This document shows positions 52,661 through 64,000 of a stretch of DNA of 64,000 nt, one piece after another. Both the position numbers and the translations under genes were made by a program. A model generated the notes under the pieces. It searched no databases. It was not told where the DNA came from and saw nothing but the letters and a program-made list of their open reading frames with translations. The stretch comes from Podarcis erhardii. Taxonomy: Eukaryota. The stretch lies in NCBI GenBank assembly GCA_964252035.1, contig OZ176216.1; one strand, written 5' to 3'. How positions within the stretch are numbered: the stretch's first letter is position 1; each line of letters opens with the position of its first letter.

Positions 52661-55505
52661 ATATAATTTGGCATCCAGTGCAGCTGTTTTATAACACAAG
52701 GTTTGACTTGATATTCTGATTTCTTGCCCAATTTGCTTACAAAAATGTACACCCAAATATCTTTTCCTTGCTCACTTTTGCTTCCCTTTTTATCTTCTTC
52801 CAGGTCATTCGTTATCTTTCTACTTATCTGACTGAAAACAGAAGGCTGGATTTTCCATAATACCACAGAAACGCAAGACTGTAACAGGAGCATAATTTAT
52901 TTATTAGAAGTCCCGTTACATTCTGATAGCTATATCATTCCTTTGGGTGCTATAAAACTTTTTTTTTCAAATTTTCTGCTTTGCTCTAATTTTAAATTTC
53001 TTCATTCTGACAACATTCCTATATTATCTGTAATGATAAAAAAGAAAAATCTTAAACTATTGGTATAGAACACAAACACCCAGGCTTCTACCCATTATTT
53101 AAAATTTACAGTTAACAACTGGAAGAATGGAGAAAGAATTGGGGGGGGGGGGGGAGAGAATACAAAATCGTCTCAGATGCCAAATCGCTGCCAATAGCAC
53201 AGAATTGATCTTTTCCCAACACAGAATTCACACAACACTATCAAATCATTGTTTTCCACAGCAAGAAGAAACTATAAATTAAGAGCTTGTTCACTGCTCT
53301 ATTTCAAAACTGCTTTGAATAAAACTGTCACCAATGAGCAAACTAGTAACTGTGCTCTACCTTTAGTGACAGTTTTGTCATTCCCTTCTTACCATGTTAG
53401 AAAATAGATCTAAAAATCAGGTAATCTGTAACAGGGAGAACATTTTCCAAACATCCAATATGAAATTGCATGTTACAACCTCAAGAAATGCACCAAGGAG
53501 AAATAACCAATTTGAGCATATATGCAATATTTTTGGTCATCTGAAACAAAATAGTAGCACAAGCTGAACCTGAACAAAAACCAGTCTGAGAGCCTGCTTG
53601 CAAATCAAGAATTATTAATGTAGCCTTTTTGGATTTGACTTCTTTGCTTTTTAAATAGTTACTGTAGTCTTCGTGAGAAGCTTTGAAACTGATCATTTTG
53701 TTGCTCAGTTCCCAGTTGTAGTAGCCCGCCTTATCCTCACTAAGAAATCAAAGGGACATGTTTATAGTTAAGTTCTTCCCCAACACCGCACCTCCTTGCT
53801 GCCTACACTCTTGCTGCCACAAACACCCTATCTTCCCCAAGTCTATTTCTTCCTAGTACCGCATGCTAAGTGTAAAACTACTTTGTATAAAATAGATCAA
53901 TTTTATGGGGGTGATTGGGAATTGCATGCCTGGCAAACCTACTGTTAAAGCTTTAAACAAGGCAGCCCTCTAATCATTGAACTATAGAGCTTCTATACTT
54001 TAATAAGCTAGCACTGGGATTTTATAGCTAGAATTAATATTACTACAATGGAACAAACTGCATAATTCTAGTTCCCAGCAAGTGGGGCAAACTTTGTAAC
54101 TCGCAGACATTCCAGTTCAATGGGTTTTTCTGTATCTTTCTGCAAGGCCTCTGACAGCTGAGAGAAAAGAAGGCAAGATCAACAAGCTGCCGTTTCACTC
54201 AAAGCCTACTGGGTTCAAGAGACAGAAAACCGCGGCTTAAGCTACGGACAGCAGTTCTCAAACTCCCACCCTACATAACCCAAACCTGAATGTTTCTAGG
54301 AGCCTCAGAGACCCCCTTAATACGGGTGTCCTTTTCGTTTTTTACATTCTACAAATAAAAACACGTACATAACTCATGTTATCAACTTTCTTCCCTGCAG
54401 TGTAGGCACTGTCATCAAAGCCACCCCCATATTATTAAAATCAAAGGCTCTAGGCCAGAGGCTTGTTATGCCGTTAAATAATCTGGCTGTGGTCAAAATC
54501 AAGAGCAGGGTCAAGTGTAGTTAATCTTAGCTGTTCAACAACCTTGCTCTGGACCACATAAATGAGTTGTGGCCAAGTAAGTTTTACTCAGAGTAAAACA
54601 AATGGACCCAAATTAGTCACTGCCATTATTCATAATGGGTCTACGCCGAGTATGACTAATACTTGATACAGCTCTCTGTGCACCCACAAAGAACAATGGC
54701 CATTTTCACTCCACATGTAGATTTTGCACCCTAGAAGGAACCAACATATTCTCTCAACATGTGCATGCTGTCCATTAGGAAGCACTGCTTCAACAGTAGT
54801 AGCAAAAGAAAGACCAAGCCCTCCCAGGAAAAACTCCTCTGGACTAAACTGAGGGCAGAAAATGTTCAGGTCTGAGAATCAATGCTGCTTCAGGCACAGC
54901 TCTTCCCACAGACAGCTAGCTGACTTGATAACACTTAGAAGGAATACCATGCTGGGAATGTTCTCACCCACTGTTCAGTTGCCTTTCCCCATCATCCTGA
55001 GGGGTCTTCTACCCATAGAAAGGATGAGTTCTCAAAAGTTCCATAGGAGGTATTTGGTTCCAGTAAAGGTAGAAAAAAGATATGCTGAGAAAAGAAAAAG
55101 AACTCTGGGCTAGCTACATTTTCCTTTGCTGCAACTGGCTCTTCTGTAAAACTAAAGCAATTATAATCTGAAAGTGGAGGCTATGTATGTATTTCTGTAA
55201 ACCAAGAAAACCTTTAATAAAAACAATTAAAAAACCTAAATCAAGCTAGGATATTATTATTATTTGTAATCCAAGTCCATGTAATAATAATATTTAAAAA
55301 GGTGTGTAATGCTGAGCAACTTTTCTGCAAGCACCCAAAGCTGCTTAAATTAATTCAAAAAATATGTTTAGCAGATGCTTGCAAGGCAAGGGGAACTACT
55401 GTTCACCAATCTACCTCTGAAAGACTATTTACATATTGACTAACACCCATGAAATCTGATGATCTCCCTTACTCAAGCATATTTCTGCAAACAATATTAG
55501 GGAGG

Positions 55506-55697
55506 AGAACGTAGCTAAGTAGTAGAGCTTTGCATGAGAAAGATCTCAAATTCGATACCTAGCATGTCAAGTTAAAAGGATCAGGTAGCAAGTAACAGAA
55601 AAGACCTGCCTGCGATCCTAGAAAGTCACTACTAGTCAGAGAAGACAAAATTCAGCTAGATGGACATAGCCTGGCCTAATATAAGGCAGTTTGCTAG
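55506..55697 (+). mobile_element. Degenerate tRNA-derived SINE (Squam3-like). Related reversed fragments at ~3150-3280, ~7277-7430, ~15925-15985 and ~40385-40515
   Basis: GTAGCTAAGTAGTAGAGC (A-box-like), AAATTCGATACC (B-box-like), and an end CTAGATGGAC...TATAAGGCAGTTT. Confidence 0.6.
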
Positions 55698-57297
55698 GTC
55701 CTTAAATTAAATCAAACTTTAGCTAGTTTTTAAATTCCTGATCTACCGTGGAATCTTCCCATACTGCAATATGGCCACCATGCTTTCATTGTGCAACTTA
55801 ATCAATTAGAAGTTTACCCAGAATCCTGAACTGATGTGTCTTGGCTAGAAATGTCATTATTCAGCATTTTTGACCAGACTGACTTTTAAAGTGCCAGATC
55901 AGAGGGCAATTCTCTACAGGGAGCTCTGTACTGAAAGGAACTTTATGTGCTACAGAGCTTCTACTTCATGGTTTGACTAAGGATATGTTACTATTACTCT
56001 CCACAGAATACTGGGCGCTATCCAACTAACTTGTACTTGGAGAAAAGCATTGAAACTAATAAGTATTAGGCGTGTCCAATAATTTCAGTGGGTCCACACT
56101 TAGGACTAACTTTGAGTACAGCCCATTGTGTCATGCACAATGCTTAAAACCTGTTTTCTGTTCCCAACAGAGAACAACTCACCTTCTGAAACAACAAGAC
56201 TCCCTAAAACAAACACTGGTTCTTCATCAGCCCACCAGTGACATAACTAAAGCAGGTCTGTGGGAGAGTTTCACAAGAACCATTAGCATTTCCCCCCTAC
56301 CAAACTCTGGAGGATTCCTCTTTTAAATGGGAATACTTTGGAGAATATGTTTTTCAAAAGCTCTCCACAGTCTAGCTATCAACACTAGACTGCTTTGGTT
56401 AAGAGTCAGGATTTACAGTAACATGGCATTCAGGGAAAGCTACCAATAACACTTTTAAAAGACACAAGCATGAACTCTCTCCCTCACTTTCAGCAAGCAA
56501 CTGAGATTGAGAATTCTGAGCCAATTAAACAATGGAGTGGAGACCTTAGTTACAGCACTGTTAAATTCTTGCTGTTACATTATTAAAGTTCCCCACTTTT
56601 CACCAAGCTTTTATAAAATCAGTGGCTAGTAAATAAACCCAACACATGCTTACTTGTTGTCAGTTTATTCTGAACCACACAAAATGTAAGAGACTAGTTT
56701 ATAATGCTGTTAAATCCACTGGGATTCTCTTACTGCCTAAGCAACTGAATTACCATTGCCTCAAAATCCACATGTAGCCAAAAGGGAGGTGATATCTGTC
56801 AATGATAGCCAACTTATCCTGCAAAGCCAAGCAAAAAGAGCAAGAGAACACAATGGGGCACATGAACAATCAACAGTAACAGCAGACTATGTATGAAAGT
56901 CTGCCAAGACATCATGCTTTAACAGCTTATGGCTGATGAACTATATCAGTGAACTGGAAAAACAGAAGTCAGCCTGCATCAAAGAGGCTATGAACACCAG
57001 CCATTTCAACTACAACCTAAAAGGCTACAATGGGGATACCAGCACTCAGACCACATTCTAAATAATTGGGTTCAACATTATCCTAAAATCGCTCAATGGG
57101 GAAGAACATTCCCTCAAGCCTCTCATTTAATTTTCCACATTCCCACTTCCCCCAATTGGTAGCAAAATGGAAGAAGCAGAGAAAAAAGACAATTTGCATC
57201 ATATTGTGCATTCCAAAACTCCTTAATAAGACAGTAAGCATTCAGCATGGACCAAGTATCTGCATAAATTGGCACCCCTTCATTTGGCTTAGAATTA

Positions 57298-57523
57298 CAG
57301 TGGTACCTCGGGTTAAGTACTTAATTCGTTCCAGAGGTCCGTACTTAACCTGAAACTGTTCTTAACCTGAAGCACCACTTTAGTAAATGGGGCCTCCTCC
57401 TGCTGCCGCACCGCTGGAGCACAATTTCTGTTCTCATCCTGAAGCAAAGTACTTAACCTGAAGCACTATTTCTGGGTTAGCGGAGTCTGTAACCTGAAGC
57501 GTATGTAACCCGAGATACCACTG
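57298..57523. mobile_element. Tigger/pogo-like MITE (226 bp)
   Basis: TA-CAGTGGTACCTCGGGTTA...TAACCCGAGATACCACTG-TA; repeated internal (T)AACCTGAA motifs shared with the 43181 family. Confidence 0.85.
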
Positions 57524-60209
57524 TACCACAATTCTACACTGAAAAAATAACATTCTGCAACAGACAGATTCACCAGTTATATCCTTTTAAACATCATTCT
57601 ACATGGGTGGGCTACACTGGATCAGAAATTTCCAGCATCAAAAATTGTTTGCTTACATGAACAAGCCAACTTTACACTACTCTCAAACACATTTGCAGCT
57701 GAACTTTCAGTGTTCAGCTCTAATTTAAATGACAGACCTCAACAGAGTTCAGAATTATCACTTACACAGCATTTCAGTTACAAGTTTCTAGCCACATACA
57801 CTACAAAATTTAGCATGTGTTGTGCCTCTGAAAAGATGTGAAGTAAGATAATGAGGGCCTTTTATAACTTATTTGAAAAACTGGTGGTGTTAACTTTGCA
57901 TTTAAGAAAACTCACTGTATTTTTTAAAAAGCAACCAGAACATCTTTTATGGGCTTCCACTCCTCCATCAATTACTTTACCTTAACCAAGTGCTGATGGA
58001 AAGTGTAACTAAGGCTGCAACCTAAATAGATATAAAGTCCCATTCAACTAAGTACTTCTTTCTTAGAATTATACTATGAATGAGCTGCTGTAATTTTTAT
58101 ATCATTCTCTTATAAGAAAAGCTACTCAATTTGAAAATGTTTTATTTCTGTTCCTGTCAACCTGAACACACTCCTTGCCAATTATTCTAGATTTTGATCC
58201 TGCCCAAAGCATCTACACTAAAAATAATGCAATCATATTTTTCAATAAATAGCATATAACTAGAACTGCAAAAATGCAATTCACAGGTAGTAAGTCTTAC
58301 TAAATTCAATGAGAGCTACTTCCAACTAGACATCCCTAGGATTCACTGTTAAGATTCTCATTCACAGCATTTATTAAATAGTCTGCAGTAAAGTATAATC
58401 CAAGAAGAGGATAGACAGCTATAAATCTTAATTTTTAATTCCAGAAGTGGTATAAGAAACACAGAATATACACTTGACAGAAATCAAATCATTAACTTGG
58501 AAGCATTCACTAATTACAAAAAGATTCATCTTAGGCCCTTAGCCGTTCCCTGCTTAAGTAACACTTCTATGCTGAAACCTGTTTAAGCAATACATTTGTA
58601 TGATACTATCAGTTACCAGTCTAAATCCAACTGTGCCTTAGCTGTCAAAACCACTCTACTCCACAGCACTCTATTACAGCACATATTAATCCAGTGAATC
58701 ATAGCATTAATACATGCAATGATTTTAGTTCAGCTAAGTGAAAACTACAGCATGACAGCTGAGGCAAGCAAAGCATTCCTTAAAGTACAAAAGAGGATTT
58801 TTTGCTGATTCAAGAATTGTTATCCTGGTGGTAAGAATACAATACAAACAGGGGGTAGCTTTTTATTGGATCAATTTCCTGCACAAATGAAAACCTCTCC
58901 CCTTATACATTTTGTGCCTCTTACATTCAATGGGCCACATGACTGTTTAGCTCAATGCAAGAAAAGTTACAAATACAATCCAAATCCATTTTATAAATGT
59001 CTACATAGATTTTTGGTTAACACTCTGCTTTGATACCAAGACAGGGATAATTTCCCTCTTTTAAAGCCATTCTTAAACAAGGCCAAGGAGAGAGTCATTA
59101 AAACATTTTGTTTCCTACACAAGGCTCCCAGGGTTTTGTAGCTATGACGGCCCATGCCAAAGCAAAGCAAGATGAAAAAAAAAAATCTGAATGAAGTGCA
59201 AAGTCCTAAGATAACTTTTAGGAAATACATTGTGTGATACTGCAGGGGAAATGCAGACTCTAGTCACCTGCCAAAACCAAGAGTCCAAAAGAAATTGCTT
59301 CCAACTCCAGTCACTGGATTGAGAAACCAACTTTTCTCCATTTGCATTTAAGACACACATGAATGAAATTCTATTACTATAAAAAATGGCATTCTGATGC
59401 AACCCAAGCTACTGACCTCTAAAACACATAATAAATGCTTCGGCAGTAGCAGCAGAATGTTTTGGAAAACCTAAGCAGCTTGTATTTGTCTCAAGACAAT
59501 GATGTCGGACATAATCCAAGCCAATTTAGGTTGCAATTTTACACTCACTCACCTGGGGCTGCAAATAAGTCCCACTGAATGCAATGGGACTAACTTGCAT
59601 AGGATTGCACTGTTGAGCTGCAGCTATAGAAGAAGCAAGAGCAAACCACCTACTGCACAGGAGTAGGCAAGGACCTGCAAGTACCAAGAATGCCAGCTTC
59701 CACATTTTTAAATAAAGTTTTTTTGCCCTCCAATAGGAGAGAAGGCGAGGGGAATAAAGTTTGGAAATGTAGACAAGGCCCTAAATGGTAAAAATCCAAG
59801 AAATCCAAATGAATTAAAGTTATGAAATACAGATGTGCAAATTCACCTTACTATTTCTCCAGGAACTGATCCATTTTTTCTAGGTACACAAGTGACAACC
59901 TGATGACAATCATTACAGCAAAAAGGTAGCAACATTTTGTTTTGATACCTGCCACAATAACAGAAACACTTCATTCGTGTTAACTATGTGCCACTAAACA
60001 CACATACAAGTTGAAGCTCCCCAGCTCATACATTTCTAATGCACTTTCTAATCTCCCTTTTTCTGCTGGGGGTGGACACCATCTGCTACAGACTTGAACA
60101 GGCACCTGTTGAAAAGTAGCGTGTTGGCATTCAAGTTCAAATGGCAACAGGAATATGCTGTGGCTTGGAAGCCACCAGAGTGCAAGAGCTGTTTGCTCCT
60201 CATACTCAC

Positions 60210-60664
60210 CAAACTACACCAAAGGCTCCATATCCAATAGGCCTGTCTGGTTCAATATCCAGTTGCTGTTGTGGATGATGCGAGTGCTGATGATGGTGCG
60301 CTTTGACTGCAGCAGCTGCTGCAGCTTGTACCTGAGCTGGGGCTGCTGCTGCTGGTCCAGGGGCTTGACCTGGTGCCGGTGATGGAAAATATGGCTGCTG
60401 CTGCCCTGGGTTTAACATGGCTGCAGCGGCCGCAGCTGCGGCTGCAGCAGCAGCCGAAGAAGCATGTTGCTGTACGGGATGTACTGCAGCCGCAGAGCCT
60501 GGGTGCAAGTGGTGCTGAGAGTGGTGGTGGTGATGGAGATGAGGAGGGGGGAGATGAGGAAGGTGGTGGTGGTGGTGGTGGTGGTGACCTGCTGCTGCTG
60601 CAGATGTACCGCCATTGTAAGCCGCCATCATTTTTGCGCTGGCTGTGGCACTACAAAGAGACAT
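60210..60664 (-). CDS. NLK: Nemo-like kinase, first coding exon (455 nt; His/Ala-rich N-terminus and kinase Gly-rich loop)
   Basis: Translates MSLCSATASAKMMAAYNGGTSAAAAGHHHHHHHHLPH...LDIEPDRPIGYGAFGVVW, matching vertebrate NLK as recalled. Ends TG|GTGAGT (donor at 60209, phase 2). Confidence 0.98.
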
Positions 60665-62327
60665 TCAAGGTGATGCCCTCTCGTTGGATAACAACTGGGT
60701 CAAGCTGTCATTTGGCCACAAAAAAAGGAAGTTTGCTACACTACCACAAGCAAGTTGCCCACCTTCAAAAACATGGAGCTCAACAGGCCATTATGTCTTC
60801 ATCAAGTCAAGAAAAATGGAGTGCGCATGTGAGCATGCAATAAACCCCCTACCCCCCAAGATGGCCAGTGTAGTTGGTACTAGAACGCCATCCTTCTTAT
60901 GTTTCCTCTGTGCCAGTCTTGAAATTTGTCAGTCCCCTTCCCCCCCAGAAAAAGGATGAAACTTCACCCCCCTAGAAAATGTTAGGAGTACTGACAAGCC
61001 CACCCCTTCCATTCCCACATCCTTTTCATTTATCTCTTCAAAATGTGTAGGAAGGTCTTCAAGGCCTTCTACAAATCTACTCTCTGTTCTGTGTATATAT
61101 CCATCCACCTTTAATATTAAACGTGGATATGAGCAACTTCCACTATAAGGGGAAGGAAAGTGGCTATATAAAACAAGGAAGGCTGTATAAATGGGAAATG
61201 AAAATAAATCCAAAAATTGAAAAGGGGATGAAAAAGATGGGATGGAAGTGGGAGGAAGAGTCAGTGAACGATATTCAAAATGAGGCAGGGAGGGGGAGTG
61301 AATAAAGAACAAATGAAGCTCACAGAAGAGACTTAAAAATCATGTGCAGAAAGCAAAAAAGTCAGGTAACAGAAGTTATCAAGGACAAGGAATAAAAGGT
61401 TTCAAGAACTTTTGGAAGGGGAAAAAAACAAAAATGAAAGAAGAATGAAAGAAGATAACCAAGAGAAGAATGGGGTAGGAAAAAGTAGTTTAAAGGAGAA
61501 AAAATCCGGGAAGGCTAAAAAAAATGCAGTTAAGGGAGAATAATATGGAAATTAGGAAAAAGAACATGGAGAAAGAATGAAAACAGGGCTGGAGCAAATG
61601 ATGCTTCAATATGGGGGAAAGAATAAAAGTGTGATCAAGCCACAAACAAGAGATGAGAGAATCCAAACACGTCGCAATAAATGAAAGAAATGGATGCTTT
61701 TCCTGTAAGGATGGGAGATGGAAAATACAAGGAAGAGGATGCAAAAACAAGCAAGAAAAAGTACAAGGGGGACAAGGAAATGTTAGGGAGAGGAAAGCAT
61801 TAAAATGTGAATGAGGATAAAATAATATAAACTGGCTATTTATAGAGAGAAACAAAAACAGACACTAGGAAGCAAACATATAAATGCGGAGAGAGCCCTT
61901 TAAAAAGTGGGGAAAGCGCTTAGGGATGTGAATATTTTTATTTTTAAAAAAGGAAAGCACTGTAGGTAGATCAATAAAAAGTTAAGAAATAATAAAGAAG
62001 CAAAATAAAGAATGAATGTGTCAAAGTGAAGGGTTCCCCCCCTTAAATTAAAAAGATTATGGAAGCTGAGATGAAGGATAATGAGAGAAACAGGGAGAGA
62101 GACAGAGCAACTAATGTACAAGAAAATACGAGTTTCTTGAAGAGAGAAAAATGTCAATGGGTGTTGACAGGAAAAGCTAAAGGAGGAACTGAAATGAAAG
62201 GTGTGGGGGGTGAAACTTATTTATCAAACAGATAATTAAAAGATGCAGGAGTAAGGACTGCAAAAGCTGGGAGATAGGGAGAAAGAGAACGTGGTAGAGA
62301 GCGAGAAGAGAGAATAAGGGAGGCCGA

Positions 62328-62353
62328 ATGGAGAGAGAGAGAGAGAGAGAGAG
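62328..62353. repeat. (GA)n microsatellite
   Basis: Read directly. Confidence 0.9.
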
Positions 62354-62479
62354 AATGTGGCAGGTGCCAAGAAAGGAGAGAGAGGCTATGGAAGGTGATA
62401 GAAAAGAGATAAAAGAAGGGAACGCGGAAGGTGGCGGTGAAGGGGGACAGCAGGCAGCAACGCTAGCGAGCCAAGTCAG

Positions 62480-64000
62480 CCAGCTTCAGTTCGCTTCCCA
62501 CCCACTCCTCAACCCCCACTGCCTCCCTGGGTGGGTCTGAGGTGGGCGCCCTTGCCTTGACAGCCTGACCCAGAGCGGGCGGGGGCTGAGGAGAGAGACA
62601 GATAGTAAGGGAGGACGGGGGAAAAGGCGAGGCAAGCTGGGGGACCGGGGCGGGGTAGGGGGGGGACGGGCACACGGTTGGGGGCGACGGCGGCAGCTAC
62701 AGGCCCCCCCGCCCCGCTGTGTGGAGAAGCCACAGGCGGGATGGAGATGAGGAGGGATGGGGGGCGGGCGCGGGCCGGGGGAGGGGGTCGCGTGTGGGGC
62801 GCCTCGGCGGGGTCTCTTCCGATGGGGGGCGGGAGGGATGAGGGGAGAGGTCGGGTGGGGGGGTCACTCAGGCCCCACAGCGCCGCTCCACGTCGACGAC
62901 GACGACGACGGCGCCCCCCCACTCCTCTTCCTCCTCCTCCTCCTCCGGCAGCCGTGGCCGCCTCCTCGTCTTCCTCCGTCGTCCCCTCAGGCCGCCGGAC
63001 CGGCCGCGACTCCTCGCCGCCGCCGCCGCCGCCACCTCCTCCGCCTTCTCCTCACGGGAGCCCCAGAGCGGAGCGCAGAGCGAAAGAGCGGCGGCGACGG
63101 AGGCGCGCATGCGCGCACACCCGACCTGCTTTCGCTTTACTCTTTTTTCCTCACCCGCCTTCCCATAGCCCGGCGGCGGCGTGTGTGTGAGTGCGCGCGC
63201 GCGCGCGCCTCCCTCTCTCTCTCTCTTTTTCTCTCGCACACTCTCATACACAGAAACACGCTCGCGCTCATCCTCTCCGTCCCGTCGCCTCTTCCTCCCC
63301 AACCAATGGGACCCATCCCCTCGAAGGCCGCGGCGGCCAATAGCAGAGCAGCACCCAGCCCACAAGCGGGACTTGGGATTCGACTCCTCTCTCGCTCCTC
63401 TGAAGAGATCAAAGAGGGTGGGTTGGTGGGTGGGGTAATAGGCACCGCCCACCGTCCAATCAAACGCTACTCCAGGTTGTCGCCCCGCCCCTAGTCCCGC
63501 TTTTTTTTTTTTGCCGATGAGACCCCGCGAGACTCTCTCACCTCACGCAACCTTCACCTATATATTCAGCCCGTGGAAAAAGGGCGGGTGGCGATCGATT
63601 TGATTGGCTGGCACCGCCGCGATTTAAAAGGCACTAGCCAATTAGGTAGCGCGGCTCTTGTAGGGCTCGAAATCCTGTTTCGTTTTTGTTTTTAATTTTA
63701 AACACGCACAAAGAAGGAACACGCTTCGAACGTGTCGCTCTCTCGTCTCCGAGTTAATGAGTGAAGAATTTTTAAAAGGTGCTCGAAGACTTTAGAAAGC
63801 GTTATACCGGCAAAGTGAGGCAATTGGTCACTAAGTGAAGATAGACAGCCAAGTTGACGAATCAGAAGGTCAATCTCTGACAGTAAAGGCGGCGCCATCG
63901 AGAAACTGTCCTCCACAGGGACCAGAGTTCCCATAATAGACTAATTAGAGGGCGGGACTATGACCTGATGAACAGAGAAGGAAGCCAATAAAAGTGATGG
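62480..64000. promoter_or_regulatory. CpG island / NLK promoter region
   Basis: Abrupt rise in GC and CpG. CCAAT boxes at 63303, 63337, 63456, 63603(-), 63638, 63823(-), 63985. GC boxes at 63483, 63581, 63950. NRF1-type GCGCATGCGC at 63105-63114. TATATA at 63559-63564. Lies ~2 kb upstream of the NLK ATG. Confidence 0.88.

Larger units (their letters stand above)
15135..60209 (-). other. NLK: NLK intron between coding exons 1 and 2 (GT-AG, 45075 nt)
   Basis: Bounded by a GTGAGT donor and TTCAG acceptor; reading frame is continuous across the junction. Confidence 0.93.

Noticed and set aside
60373-60843. 156 aa plus-strand ORF overlapping NLK exon 1
   Set aside because: Antisense shadow of GC-rich, triplet-repeat coding sequence; no independent support.
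61490-62157. Hydrophobic Phe/Leu-rich ORFs resembling membrane proteins
   Set aside because: Direct consequence of the T/C-rich minus strand.
62509-63494. Several long ORFs (108-245 aa) on both strands
   Set aside because: Low-complexity Arg/Pro/Gly/Ala products expected from stop-poor CpG-island DNA; no recognisable domain.

Overview
Vertebrate genomic DNA, most likely a squamate (probably lacertid) lizard judging by the repeat families. It is not prokaryotic, and no CRISPR, rRNA or tRNA genes were found. The window holds the 5' part of NLK (Nemo-like kinase) on the minus strand: a CpG-island promoter (~62500-64000), first coding exon 60664-60210, a 45 kb intron, a 130 nt exon (15134-15005), a 3 kb intron and a 56 nt exon (11967-11912). 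A minor-spliceosome (U12-type, GTATCCT) intron follows and runs off the left edge. The introns contain hAT and Tc1/mariner-type MITEs, CR1 and L2 LINE fragments, tRNA-derived SINEs, microsatellites and Penelope-like terminal-repeat fragments. The most notable observations are: an intact minimal hammerhead ribozyme on the NLK sense strand in intron 1, with a 93/94 nt identical truncated sister copy 30 kb away; seven short uORFs before the NLK start, three chained by overlapping stop/start codons; the U12 donor; and two MITEs stacked at one 8 bp target site. I found no evidence for a wholly new gene system. Family names come from recalled motifs, not database searches.
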